Shown: positions 40,910-54,100, numbered from the stretch's first letter. The stretch is DNA of 64,000 nucleotides from Tubiluchus corallicola (GCA_030141605.1 JAQGDQ010000330.1:186001-250000), one strand, 5' to 3'. Notes: a model not told the origin generated them from the letters alone. Program-made: numbers and translations.

Positions 40910-42277
40910 ATGAATTTTCGTTTCTTCTATGTCAAGTTATTTTTGCTGTTATTGATTTTAATAAGAGGAAGCAGGCAGTACGGTGACAATGTTTCTGACT
41001 TCTTTGAGTCTAACTCACGATGTACAACAGTGATTTCGTTGAGCTTCCAAAACGTCCTATTTTGTGGCCATAATACTAATTTAACAGAAAGTGATTTACT
41101 GGATATAGGAAAAACAGAACTTAATCAAAGACTACATTACGGCATCAATATATTGACATATATAGGCACAGCGTTACCTGCAAATTGGTTGAAGGACATC
41201 CGCCTGCGATTGCTTAAGCTGTCATCAAAGCGCTTGGAGAAAATCGATAAAGACAGTATTGGTGGACACTTTGAAATTATAGAGTTTAAAGAATGTGAGA
41301 ACTTAATGTTTGTTGATGCACAAGCATTCTTCGCACAGTCCAATCTGTCAAAGCTAGTACTGCAAAATAATAAAATTCTTCCGTTTACACTAGATGTATC
41401 GCAAAGCAAAAATCTTGCACTGATTGACTTGAGTAGGAATAGTTTAAGAACAATGAGGGAACCACATTTGCACCCAGACGTTCGCAATCTGATATTTGAT
41501 CTAGGAGCAAATAAGATTTACTGTGATTGCAACATAGGATGGCTTGCTAGTTGGGAATTTCAGAAACACATAAAAAAACCTTTAAACGAAGGACTCAGAC
41601 TGCAATGCGACGAACCAGAAAAGTATCGAGGTATGACTGTAGCGAGTGGCTTTCTCATAGAACTTTGCTTAGAATGTCATCCAAAGCCATGCAAGAGTTG
41701 TGTCTTGTGTATGAATGGCGGAACATGTGTAGAAGACCAATCTTCCTACAAGTGTGTTTGCCCTTCTGGATATGCAGGACCAGATTGTAGTTTGGTGCTG
41801 TGGTGGTGCAAGGCTAATTCGTGCAAGAATGGCGGAACATGTGTTGATAGCAGGGGAAACTACACCTGTATCTGCGCACCCGGATACGAAGGGTTTCATT
41901 GCGACATAGCCCAGAGGAAGTGTAAGCCTGGTTTTTGTAGGAATGGTGGCAAATGCATTGGTAGTTCAAATTCGTACGCGTGTCTTTGCACAGCTGGGTA
42001 TACAGGGCTACATTGTGAAAGTGTTTCGGATAAAATGTTAATCAAATCCTCTACTGTGATTCCAGCCATAATTGCTGCATTCGTGATACTGAGTGTTGTA
42101 ATGGGGTTGACTTATCGTAATTATAAAAAGCAGACTAGTTGCTTTGCTCAGGATGTAAGTTCTGAGTCATCTGATGACAGAACGTCTGAAGAAAGCAATG
42201 AAGAAAGCAGCAGTGCAAACAGTGCAAGTAGTGCAAGCAGTGTAGGTAGTGAAAGCACTACAGGCTCAGAAACGTAA
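40910..42277 (+). CDS. LRR-LRRCT-3xEGF type I membrane protein, paralog 1 (uninterrupted ORF)
   Basis: ORF opens at 40841; Met 40910 aligns with the paralog starts. Signal peptide, LxxLxLxxN repeats, NKIYCDCNIGWL...C..P..YRG cap, three C.NGG.C EGF repeats, TM, Ser/Glu-rich tail. Confidence 0.93.
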   Translation: MNFRFFYVKLFLLLLILIRGSRQYGDNVSDFFESNSRCTTVISLSFQNVLFCGHNTNLTESDLLDIGKTELNQRLHYGINILTYIGTALPANWLKDIRLRLLKLSSKRLEKIDKDSIGGHFEIIEFKECENLMFVDAQAFFAQSNLSKLVLQNNKILPFTLDVSQSKNLALIDLSRNSLRTMREPHLHPDVRNLIFDLGANKIYCDCNIGWLASWEFQKHIKKPLNEGLRLQCDEPEKYRGMTVASGFLIELCLECHPKPCKSCVLCMNGGTCVEDQSSYKCVCPSGYAGPDCSLVLWWCKANSCKNGGTCVDSRGNYTCICAPGYEGFHCDIAQRKCKPGFCRNGGKCIGSSNSYACLCTAGYTGLHCESVSDKMLIKSSTVIPAIIAAFVILSVVMGLTYRNYKKQTSCFAQDVSSESSDDRTSEESNEESSSANSASSASSVGSESTTGSET

Positions 42278-42758
42278 TAGCATACATTATCACTTTTAAT
42301 TGTGATATCAGTGTCCGTGAGAAAATAAACAAGGATTGAAAAAATAAGTAAGACGAATTGAAAACCTAGCAGTTTTTATTTTCTGATAATATTTTAACAA
42401 TAGTCTGACTAAGACCTAGTATTTGCAATGCTGTAGATACTGTGAGACTCCCATTTTATATTCAAAGCGAGAAACGTTTAAGAAAAAGTTAAAATACGGT
42501 ATTACGTTGATTCTTACAAAGCTAACTACAACCAGAAATCAAATATTTGCAATGTGTAATTTCTTAGGAACAAATTTCTTCAAAATGTCGGTGAATTGTA
42601 AGCTCTGTTTTCAATTGCATTTGAGCAGGTCAGTTTAATGTTTCTAGCACCATGGCCGATGCATTTACAACCTTTACATATTTCATTTTGGGCAAGACCT
42701 CACGTTTCTCACAATTATTGTTATCATTAAACGTAACTTAATGTTAACGTAACATTAA

Positions 42759-43454
42759 AACAACAAAACCATCCACTCACATAAATATTTTAAAAATTCG
42801 TCTTCAAAATTTTATACCACTTACATACTGCCTTTTTGCACACGGGGTGTGCGTCGGCAGTAACACTGTACAAAGCATGTAAATTTAAACTCACGCGATG
42901 ACCGCTAGACACAGACATTTTGACGACAGGTCATTTGAAACACGTTTAGACAACACTGAGTGAAGTTTAAAAAAATAATCAGAGCATTCGTTGCGCACAC
43001 GTCACCAACTAAGTAAAATTTTAAATTAATGTATCTTGTCAATAAGAATAAAAGTACGTTTTCTGGTTAGTGAGTGGTGCACCCTGGAGGTGAATCACAA
43101 ATTTTGCTAATTTCTGAAAACATTTTAAATAATTAATAATTTTCTTTTCTTGTTACATAAGTATTTCAAGCAGGTAAGCGAAATGTTAAAGTAAGACAAC
43201 TTTGTGCGGAAAGATTTTTGGGACATAGTTTAACATTTCCTTTATTCCCTTTGTGCGTGTAAGCGCGATTTATGTTGTGCGTGTATGACGTCATGTAATG
43301 GCGCCGTCGGAACAGTATCGCGTGAGATACAAACTGAAAACAAACAAAAATTCTTTTTAACGCGAGTACGATATATGCATAAAATTGCTGAAAAGTAATA
43401 CAATTTTTAGGCTATTTTGTGAAACTCTATTTCAGGCATCTCTTTTCTTGTCCT
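42759..43454 (+). mobile_element. MITE family B copy
   Basis: TTAA-flanked; ends TTTTCTTGTCCT|TTAA. Confidence 0.8.
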
Positions 43455-43658
43455 TTAAGGCTGCTTACACAGTAGGATAGTTTAGTATTCATTTCATCAA
43501 AGTGATGGTCCAAAAACAAATGTACTGTGAAAGTTAGCTATGAAGTTGAAATTGAACACTTGTAGAAAACAACTGAACACTATATTACATGTTTGCAAAA
43601 CTGAAACACGTTTATTATACTATATACACAGTAAAATACACAAGTAAAATGAAGATCA

Positions 43659-43790
43659 CGACTGCTGCACTGCACTGAGAGTGTGAGTCAGACAGTGTGT
43701 AGCACGACTGCACTGCACTGAGAACGTGACAGAGAGTCACATAAGTAGATCGACTGCACGTCACTGAGAGCGTGACAGAGAGACAGTGGC
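43659..43790. repeat. Imperfect ~45-bp tandem repeat x3
   Basis: CGACTGCAC..CACTGAGA recurs three times. Confidence 0.65.
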
Positions 43791-44623
43791 TAGAAGTGAA
43801 TTCCAGCCAGTTTATATAGGTACAGAACTATGCAAAAACTTGGCTTCACATATCCCATTACAGTAAAAATAGGGGAGATCCAGTGAGTTTGCATATTCAC
43901 TGGACCGAGCAATTGTACTAAGGGTGAGTTTAACTAGTAAAATGTTAAAGTGACTAATCAATAGATGGCAGCACCTAAAATATACAGTTACAACTTTCAC
44001 ATGTACGTTTTCTGAATATGAAACACACTAAAATAATGTCCTTTAAGTTTCTGCGGTTTTTTGAGTTCTTGACAAAATGTCAGCCAAAAATAATGTATTG
44101 TATTTCGACAGCAGACAGCAGACAGCACGTATTTGCAACGTTTTGTAGCAATTCACAAAATCAAAGTTCAACAAAATTAATAAAATTTAAAAAAACATTT
44201 CACTGACTGATGCCTCACAAAACTGAAATTTTTTATTCTTAGTCCAGCTTTCATTAAAGTCAAACTGAACCCTCATTATAAGCTTTTACAATCTACAATC
44301 CTACTCTCATTATTTCGAAGATAGATCTTTCCTGCTAACCTTTTTTTATTCTCAAAGCAATAAAACCCTTATAACAAGTAAATTTGAATTATTTTTGTTC
44401 TTTGTTCAATTTTTTCTCATTTTCTTCTTGTTTTTTCCGTTTAAAGACGACATCTATCTTTAAAAGTATCAAACATTTCGCGAGATAATTGTACATCCTC
44501 CGTGACACTCATTATGAATATTAAATTTAATTTATCATAAACTTACTGTAAAATTTGTTTATTTTGATTTTTTATCACTTCGTTGTTAGCGGTATTAAAT
44601 TTGAAGAACTGGTACAGTCCACT

Positions 44624-45797
44624 CAGTGGTGAGCGAACTGGATAGGACCAAGATCCGCAAGTTTCCTAATCGCATCGCGTGCGGATTTACTATTGAAAAC
44701 AAAGCGTATACGCGAATGAAATGCGGATTAAAAATTTTGATAGATCGGATTTTTGCAGATTTAAATTTTCATTAATGTTAATCCGCGCTAGATAACCATG
44801 TGAGCATTGCAGGAACAAGGTGACAAACCGACACTCATCACAAGCTACCAGGTTGAATAGTAACAATAAAAGGAAAATAATAATTAGTTTCTTTAATTAT
44901 TAAACAAACATATTACTGTACAGTAACTAGTAGTAATAGCAGCTGTAGTAATATGTTTTACTTGCTATTAAAAATACTAATGTTAGAATAATGCAATAAT
45001 AATACCTAGCAAATACCCCGCAAAAAAATGTAAATACACTTATAATCAAAAATACGCGAACATCCTACATAGTCCTCATTTATAACGCAAAGCGAGCAGC
45101 AGTTTTTACTGAATTAAAGTTATAAAGTTATAGACAGAGTCAAATGGATGACGTCACAACAGTGGCTTTGTGTCAGCAGTTTTTCAAGCGAAAATCGCCC
45201 AAAATGGAACCTCCAATCAACTCGTCACAGCTCCTCACGGTGGAAGCGTCCTAAAATGCAGCGCACATCAACGTGTAACCCTGTTTCTCCTCTTTCTTTC
45301 TAAAGAGCTATGCATTTTCTCCCGAGAGTCCCACCAAGCACCACTAAAATGTTTTATCTACAAGCTGTTTGACCAAAATTTCGAAAAAATCAGGAGTTGG
45401 GTCCAGGAAAACGTCCGTCACGGGACGCCGTGGCCCTCTCGCGAATTGTAAATAATTCTAAATATTCCCTCAAACAATTTCAATTAATCAATGAAAATCA
45501 AACCTCCCAGCGGACACACTGCAACAAGGTGCAATTTCCACTGATTTAAAATATTTAGCTTACTTAAACCAAGGTTAGATAAACATGCAGATTATTATGC
45601 GGATTTGAATTAAAAATAGCCATGTAAGCAGGATGCAGATCGGAAGTTGCGGATCAGGAAGGATCGCTGATTTGAATTAATTTAGTAGAGTGGTGAGGTC
45701 GCTGTTAATAGCAAAATGCGGCGTTTGGTCGAATGCGGATTTTCAGTTTGCGGACCAAATTTTCTGCGGATCGGGAAATTAGCCGATCATCTCACCA
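44624..45797. mobile_element. Possible non-autonomous DNA transposon with GCGGAT subterminal repeats
   Basis: Weak terminal match TGGTGAG/CTCACCA; GCGGAT/ATCCGC motifs clustered at both ends. Confidence 0.4.
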
Positions 45798-46302
45798 AAA
45801 CCGGCAAACAAACATCAATTAAAGACGGTTTCTGTACCGTGCCAAAGATGGCGTTCCTCACGACAATGCATGCGGTCAAAATTCACCAGAAAAAGGCAAG
45901 TTATTTAGTTTATAAGTTCTCTTTTGTTTGATAATGAAAATGATTTTTTGTGCAATCATAATAATGCGTTAAAAAATTTCAATGTCTGTTTAATATAGGA
46001 CCTTTGAAGATGTTCAATTTTAGAAAAGAATCAGCTAGCAGCCCAAGTGATAAAGTTGCTATTGTTAGGTCACACGAACAGAGGACTGGAAGCTTCACAT
46101 AATACATTAGAAGTTACCTAGTTTTCTGTACAAAACTGATTGTCTTTACAAACAATGCCGAAAGAAATTTAAAGAAACTAAAGAACGAAACCACGTTGCA
46201 GGAGAGCTTTTCACTGATACAAGTTATGCTGGCTTAAGCTAAGTTGTTTTTACAAATTAGAAATGTTGAATGGTTATTGCTTCTTTGCTTTGCAAAAAAA
46301 CC

Positions 46303-47778
46303 ATGAACCCTCGTACCTTCCGTAAATTTGTGTTGTTGTTGGTTTTAGTAAAAAGAAGCAATCTGCAGACTGGCAGCGTTTTGGGCGCAATTGGTCGAGA
46401 TAAATCCCGATGTACCACAGTGAATTGGGGAGATTCTGGAAGCTTCCTGTTTTGTGGGAGTAGCAGAAATTTAACAGCAAATGATCTGTTGGACATAGTA
46501 AAAACAGAGTTAGATGTAAACATACATCAAGGGCTTAATATACTGCAATACGCAGACAAAACGTTGCCTGCAAATTTACTGACAAATGTTCAGCTGAATT
46601 TGTTTAGAATGGCTTCTAAGAACCTAGAACGTATCTTGGAATATGACATTGCTGGACGGCTTGAAATTATAAACTTTCAAGATTGCAGTAGCTTAACATT
46701 TGTTCACTCCAATGCATTTGTCATGCAAAGCAACTTAACTGAATTAATGCTGCAAAACAACAAAATTCTGTCATTTCTTTCACTCAATGTATCACAAAGC
46801 AAATATCTTTCATTGATCGACTTGAGTAGGAATAACTTAGGAACAATGACTAAACCTCTACTGCACCCAGATGTTCGTAACCTCACTGTTGATCTCGCTG
46901 CAAATAAATTAAACTGTGATTGTAACCTGGCCTGGCTTGCTAGCAGAGACTTTCAGAAACACCTAAAAAAACCTTTAAGCAAAGGACTCAGATTTCAGTG
47001 TGATGAACCAGGAAGATACAGAGGTAAGACAGCAACAGAAGACTTTCTTGCAAAACTATGCTTTGATTGTTATTCTCAGCCATGCAAGAGTTGTGACTTG
47101 TGTAAAAATAACGGGACATGTGTTGATAACAAATCTTCCTACACATGTATCTGTGAAACAGGATATACAGGACAAGATTGTAGTTTGGTGCAAAAGTGGT
47201 GTAAGCCCGAAACGTGCGAAAATAGTGGAACATGTATTGACGACAGTTACAACTACACTTGCATCTGTGCACCAGGATATGGAGGACGAAACTGCGGTAC
47301 AGTTCTAGGGTGTAAGCCTGGTTTATGTAACAATGGCGGCACATGCATCGATAGAGCGGATTCTTACACGTGCACATGTGCACCAGGGTTTACAGGACGA
47401 AACTGCGGTACAGTTCTAGGGTGTAAGCCTGGTTTATGTAACAATGGCGGCACATGCATCGATAGAGCAGATTCTTACACGTGCACATGTGCACCTGGGT
47501 TTACAGGACGAAACTGCGAACGGTCTTTTAGCGGTCAGGAAACCGAATCCCAATCTGGTGTGGTGGTTACAACTATTGCATGCATTATTGTTTTTGTAAC
47601 ACTAACCGCTTTAGTGTTATTAGCATTTATTATGTACAGTCGCCGAAAACGAGTTTCTGAGGATTCAAGGTCACAGTTGTCTGACGACAGGGCTTCCCTG
47701 GAAAATGTTGAAGGAAATGTTGATGCAGATTCTAGTCTGTCTGACGGCAGCATGTCTGAGCCTGACGACAGTAATTAA
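46303..47778 (+). CDS. LRR-LRRCT-4xEGF type I membrane protein, paralog 2 (uninterrupted ORF)
   Basis: Same architecture as paralog 1 (ORF opens at 46270). The fourth EGF comes from a 111-nt internal duplication. Confidence 0.94.
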   Translation: MNPRTFRKFVLLLVLVKRSNLQTGSVLGAIGRDKSRCTTVNWGDSGSFLFCGSSRNLTANDLLDIVKTELDVNIHQGLNILQYADKTLPANLLTNVQLNLFRMASKNLERILEYDIAGRLEIINFQDCSSLTFVHSNAFVMQSNLTELMLQNNKILSFLSLNVSQSKYLSLIDLSRNNLGTMTKPLLHPDVRNLTVDLAANKLNCDCNLAWLASRDFQKHLKKPLSKGLRFQCDEPGRYRGKTATEDFLAKLCFDCYSQPCKSCDLCKNNGTCVDNKSSYTCICETGYTGQDCSLVQKWCKPETCENSGTCIDDSYNYTCICAPGYGGRNCGTVLGCKPGLCNNGGTCIDRADSYTCTCAPGFTGRNCGTVLGCKPGLCNNGGTCIDRADSYTCTCAPGFTGRNCERSFSGQETESQSGVVVTTIACIIVFVTLTALVLLAFIMYSRRKRVSEDSRSQLSDDRASLENVEGNVDADSSLSDGSMSEPDDSN

Positions 47779-48074
47779 GGGCAAATAGCATGCAAAAAAC
47801 TCGTTAGTGGTAAGAACTCGATAGTTGATGCTATGCCCTGAAACAAAAATAAAAATAATGATAGGTACTGTCTTTGTTTGTGCAATGTACACAGATTTTA
47901 TTGATGTATAAGACACTACATGTCACCAGAAAGTGTGGAGCTGGAGTATGAGATCTATGTCAAAGACGAGCTTATGAGTCTTGTGAGCAGCAGATTCACC
48001 ATTGTTCATGTTTAAGGATGGATTCCTCTACACCATTCTTTAGCTTATCTGATGAATATTTGATAATTATACTG

Positions 48075-48119
48075 TAATAGTAGTAGTAGTAGTAGTAGGT
48101 AGTAGTAGTAGTAGTAGTG

Positions 48120-48207
<88 letters not shown>

Positions 48208-48212
48208 CAGTA

Positions 48213-48302
<90 letters not shown>

Positions 48303-48303
48303 A
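48075..48303. repeat. (AGT)n microsatellite
   Basis: Direct reading. Confidence 0.97.
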
Positions 48304-48413
48304 AGTTTTTTTCTAGTAATTTGGATCTTCAGTAGCAGTTAGTAATTAATTACCCCAAAAGGTAAAATCGCTAATTGCTTCTTGACGTGTTAGACTCTTT
48401 CTTCCTGTTTCCC

Positions 48414-49380
<967 letters not shown>

Positions 49381-49552
49381 ATTTTGTGTTCTGTTTTTCT
49401 TTACAGTTCATGTCGAATATATTCGTTGTTGAAAAAACCTCTATTGTTGAATTCCAATTGAAACAAAGAAATTCCTAAATAATGAAACAATGTAGAAAAT
49501 TTTTTCACTCCTAGGAACTCAAGATTGCAGCTGGCTTTTGCGCTCAGAACTT

Positions 49553-50926
49553 ATGCATTGCTTTCTTTCCACGATTTTTTTTACCCTGCTTCTATTGAAT
49601 TTATTAAAAAGAAGACAGTCTGCAGACGACATGGTCTCCGCAACTGAAGGCAAAACTAGGTGTACAACTCTACGTTTGAATGCACTGTCCATTCTATTTT
49701 GTGGTCTAGACTATAACTTGACAAAAAATGATTTGGTGGATATAACACAAGCAGAGCTTGAGCCAACACACCAGGGACTTACTGTTGTGGAATACGTGAA
49801 TAAAACTTTGCCAGTAAAGTGGTTAGAAAGTGTACAACTTAAATCACTTTACCTATCTTCTAATCACTTAGAGAGTATTGGTGATAGTGACATAGCTGGA
49901 GAGTTTGAAAGTATAAGCATAAGATCGTGTGAAAAATTAACATATGTGCACCCACGAGCTTTCTTCTTACAAAGTAATTTGTCAATGCTAACTTTAGAGA
50001 AAAATAAAAATCTTACATATCTTGAACTAGATATATCAAACAGCAGAAACATTTTGTTACTTGACCTTAGTGAAAACAGTTTAGAAGTATTGGCAAAGCC
50101 CTTGCTGCACCCAGACGTTCGAAATTTGACTTTGAATCTCACAGGAAATAGATTACAATGTGGCTGTAATTTTACATGGCTGACTGATCAAGAATTTCAC
50201 GTATATCTCAACAAACCATTACGTAAAGGTCTTAAATTTCAATGTGACGAACCAGAAAAATATAATGGCAAAACCGAAGTATCAGACTTACTTCTAAGCA
50301 TGTGCTTAGATTGTCATTCGGACCCTTGTGCCACTTGTGATTTGTGTAAGAATAACGGAACATGTCTCAATAAGAATGGTACCTATAAATGTATCTGTGC
50401 AACCGAGTACACGGGTCCACTGTGTGAAACATTGTACCTATGCAGGCCTGGCACGTGTCAGAATAACGGGAAATGTATCGAAAACGGTACTTCCCCTGCA
50501 TGCATCTGTGCTCCGGGATACGCAGGAGCAAACTGTAGTATTGTTCTGCAGCCGTGTAAGCCTGATGTGTGCAAGAACAATGGTACTTGCGTTCCCAGCG
50601 TAGGTACTGTAGAATCTTACATATGCATGTGTTTACCGGAATATATCGGAATAAATTGCAGCAAACTTTTGCACGTTGAAGCAAAACCCACGTTACTCAC
50701 TTGGCTCATACCAGGACTCATAGTATTGGCAGTGTTTGGTGTTGTGGCTTTCAAGAATAGGCCAGCAAGACTTAGTTGTAGGCGTCAGACACAGACACAA
50801 TGGAACTCTTGGGATGACGTCAGGACGAATAAAGATGATGATGAATATTCTTATTTGCCAGATAGCAGTATTGCTGATGATGCTTCTTATCTGTCCCATA
50901 CTAAAATGGCTGAACGTACTTCTTAA
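49553..50926 (+). CDS. LRR-LRRCT-3xEGF type I membrane protein, paralog 3 (uninterrupted ORF)
   Basis: First ATG at 49553 (MHCFLSTIFF...). Same domain order; acidic Tyr-containing tail. Possible 5' UTR acceptor TTTTTCACTCCTAG at 49514. Confidence 0.93.
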   Translation: MHCFLSTIFFTLLLLNLLKRRQSADDMVSATEGKTRCTTLRLNALSILFCGLDYNLTKNDLVDITQAELEPTHQGLTVVEYVNKTLPVKWLESVQLKSLYLSSNHLESIGDSDIAGEFESISIRSCEKLTYVHPRAFFLQSNLSMLTLEKNKNLTYLELDISNSRNILLLDLSENSLEVLAKPLLHPDVRNLTLNLTGNRLQCGCNFTWLTDQEFHVYLNKPLRKGLKFQCDEPEKYNGKTEVSDLLLSMCLDCHSDPCATCDLCKNNGTCLNKNGTYKCICATEYTGPLCETLYLCRPGTCQNNGKCIENGTSPACICAPGYAGANCSIVLQPCKPDVCKNNGTCVPSVGTVESYICMCLPEYIGINCSKLLHVEAKPTLLTWLIPGLIVLAVFGVVAFKNRPARLSCRRQTQTQWNSWDDVRTNKDDDEYSYLPDSSIADDASYLSHTKMAERTS

Positions 50927-51519
50927 GGTACTTCAAAGCGTTATGAGTGTAATTTCTCACATTAAATTGTTATATCGGTTGCTTCATTCACCAGTCAGTT
51001 TTCATATTTAATGATTATGCTAAGTAGATTAGCCACAGCCCAACTAACAAATTAATTAGGCTGACGTAGTAGTCAGCTTTCATCCGCCGCTTAAATATGA
51101 AAATGGTACATTTATGTCCAATTCCGTTTGTGAACTCGTTTACCATTAAACGTGTACTGAATTACATTATTGCGTTTTAGTTTATTCTTTCAGCCAGCCT
51201 ACATGTCAGATGGTAAAATATTAATAGTGATTAAGCTCAATGGTGACATACCAGTTAGAAAAAACATACTACATATTACGTACTAACTACATGTTACATA
51301 CTACTTACTACATGCATACTACAGTAACGGATGCGCTCAAACACTTTCTGTGTTTTAATACTGGTCAGCAAAACGCTACGATTTTTTAAAGCTAAAATCA
51401 CTTGTAGAAATTTGCACATGTATTACCTATTTTTGGAGATATTGGTTCTGGAACAGGTTGTAATTTATGGTTGGACAAAATGCCTTCTGCACGATCAATG
51501 AATGTTTTGAGGAAACTAA

Positions 51520-51845
51520 AAAGGTTGACTGGCTAGCGAATTTTCTGTCTGACAGCAAACTTATCAGTGTGAACTGCTTTGCGAGTTACTATCGGCAAGA
51601 AATTGCAAACTCTCCAACAGTTGTTGCGAGTTACTGTCTATCATCAAACTCTGACAGAATTATTAGCCAAGCAGAAACGGAATTCCAAACTGTTACTCTC
51701 GACACTTCTCTCAGTGAACAGAGAAAAGAGTGTTAACTCGTGTCTATTGTTGGAGAGTAACTCGCTGTAAGCTTTGGTCTCTACGTCTGAACACGCATGC
51801 GAGTTTCTTGTCGAAAAAAGCCCGCTAGTCTTAACGCACCGTAAA
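51520..51845 (+). mobile_element. Dispersed repeat family D copy
   Basis: Shares GCGAGTTACT, GAGAGTAACTCGC and the terminal GCTAGTCT.AAC.C.CCGT with 17193-17445. Confidence 0.55.
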
Positions 51846-52242
51846 TGGTTTCACGCATAAATTCTTTTACATAAAGCCACTGTTTTAATAAAATTCGTCC
51901 CACAAGCAAAATGCTGATTATTTCAATTAAGTTTTAACCATCTTAGAAATCGAAAGGAATTAAAAAACTGCTTGTAAAGTTTTAATCAACGTAATATGTA
52001 TTAATAAAAATATGCATTTGACATGATAGGAACAAATAAAAGTACTCTTGCTTTTCAGTTAAACGTCATACGTTGATTTCTTTTTATTTACTAGAAGACA
52101 TTGGATCTCTTATCTACTTTTGTGCTGTCATTTGATATCACTTAATATCTGACATTTATAGAAGTAGTTGTCTACTGTACGAAAAAGGATTAAACTGAAT
52201 GTGCTTTTGGGAGTTCCTTTTGCAAGAAACGTCTGATGTACT

Positions 52243-53395
52243 TTCTTCTTCTTCTTCTGTTGTTCTAAATATCTATTGTTGACATGGAGCCTCTATCCTT
52301 TATTAGAGCACCCCACTGTTCCTGCCTGCAGCTAAAAATTGCAATTCCCGTGGTGCTATTGTTAGGTTTGGTTCCACCTGTTCTAAATCTTATTAATTCT
52401 TGATACCCAAGTTGTTTTTGGTTTTCCTGGAGGTCGTTAGCAGGTTTCAGGGCCTCGCTTAATGCTAATCTTACTGATGTTGTTTCTGGCAATCTCATTA
52501 AATGTCCGACCCATCTTAGTCTTCTGATGCTGATTTTAGAGCTCCAATGTTTAATGCTAATCTTACTGGTGTTGTTTCTGGCAATCTCATTAAATGTCCT
52601 ACCCATCTTAGTCTTCTGATTCTGATTTTAGTGCTCCAATGTTTAATGCTAATCTTACTGCTGATGTTTCTGGCAATCTCATTAAATGTCCTACCCATCT
52701 TAGTCTTCTGATGCTGATTTTAGAGCTCCAATGTTTAATGCTAATCTTACTGGTGTTGTTTCTGGCAATCTCATTAAATGTCCTACCCATCTTAGTCTTC
52801 TGATGCTAATCTTAGTGCTCCAATGTTTAATGCTAATCTTACTGATGTTGTTTCTGATAATCTCATTAAATGTCCTACCCATCTTAGTCTTCTGATGCTG
52901 ATCTTAGTGCTCCAATGTTTAATGCTAATCTTACTGATGTTGTTTCTGGCAATCTCATTAAATGTCCTACCCATCTTAGTCTTCTGATTCTGATTTTAGT
53001 GCTCCAATGTTTAATGCTAATCTTACTGATGTTGTTTCTGGCAATCTCATTAAATGTCCTACCCATCTTAGTCTTCTGATTCTGATCTTAGTGCTCCAAT
53101 GTTTAATGCTAATCTTACTGATGTTGTTTCTGGCAATCTCATTAAATGTCCTACCCATCTTAGTCTTCTGATTCTGATTTTAGTGCTCCAATGTTTAATG
53201 CTAATCTTACTGGTGTTGTTTCTGGGAATCTCATTAAATGTCCTACCCATCTTAGTCTTCTGATTCTGATTTTAGTGCTCCAATATTTAATGTAATGCTA
53301 ATCTTACTGCTGATGTTTCTGGCAATTTCATTAAATGTCCTACCCATCTTAGTCTTCTGATGCTGATTTTAGTGCTCCAATGTTCTTTCTCACAT
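52243..53395 (-). mobile_element. 5'-truncated RTE-type LINE with (GAA)n tail, containing an amplified 92-bp unit
   Basis: WSTKISIRRLRWVGHLMRLPETT.VRLAL matches the RTE R..W.GH..R motif. Tail at 52243-52257. Confidence 0.88.
52460..53384. repeat. 92-bp minisatellite, ~10 copies, LINE-derived
   Basis: The ORF track repeats every 92 nt; units are directly visible. Confidence 0.95.
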
Positions 53396-53514
53396 TTCAC
53401 TGGTTTACCTACGTGACAAAACACGTCTATGCTGCATAACAATGTTAAATTTGTGTGTCATAATGTAAAAATAAACTTCTAGAGATAAAACTATAAACTT
53501 TAACACTTTTGTGT

Positions 53515-53864
53515 TTATTGGTTGCTCATCTGGGTTGTTGCATAACGATCCTGTCCTGTTCCGCTCTCTCTCGAGGTGAGAATTATTTCAGGGGGCGCAC
53601 CGTTTTCCTGAGGCACTGCTGTGTCATTCGTGACGCCATGTTTTATTTTCACGTTACATCCTATTTGATACAGGATGATCCAAGCAATGGACGTGATTAG
53701 ACAACAGCCTGTTGCCCATTTCAATACAGTCACGGGCCACCCTGTAGAGCAGCTCCTGGCCTCCAGATACAGGGCGGGCGTAAAAATGCCTTCCCCGTAT
53801 TTGACGGTTTGTTGTGCTCTTACTTTGGCGTGGAATGTCATCAAACCAAAGCCAAGAAATGCCC
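53515..53864 (-). CDS. Claudin/PMP22-superfamily gene exon 4 (end of TM3, loop with GW motif, TM4, tail)
   Basis: TTTTCCCTTTTCAG acceptor in phase 1; GAFLGFGLMTFH...CSTGWPV...ITSIAWIIL...stop. Confidence 0.85.
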
Positions 53865-53887
53865 CTGAAAAGGGAAAAGATTATTAA

Positions 53888-54100
53888 AGGAAAACAGGAC
53901 GATTTTTCAAACCCTACCTCATTTTCAAGTATGGTAAGTATACATTTAAACGCCAATAATACTGCAAAAACGTTTCATAATAAAATGGTTGATTAAAATC
54001 TTAGTGAACGACGTTATTCTTTCGCGTAAGTCATTCTTGCGAAAATGGTACGTCCCCTTTCAATATTTTAAAGAGTAGATTGTTTTGACCTATAGTTAAA
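53888..54100 (-). mobile_element. MITE family A, internally deleted copy
   Basis: TTAA|AGGAAAACAGG terminus; both ends of family A are joined. Confidence 0.7.

Noticed and set aside
52516-53250. Seven near-identical 60-aa ORFs as a peptide gene array
   Set aside because: They overlap and arise from a 92-nt unit (not a multiple of 3) derived from LINE coding sequence.
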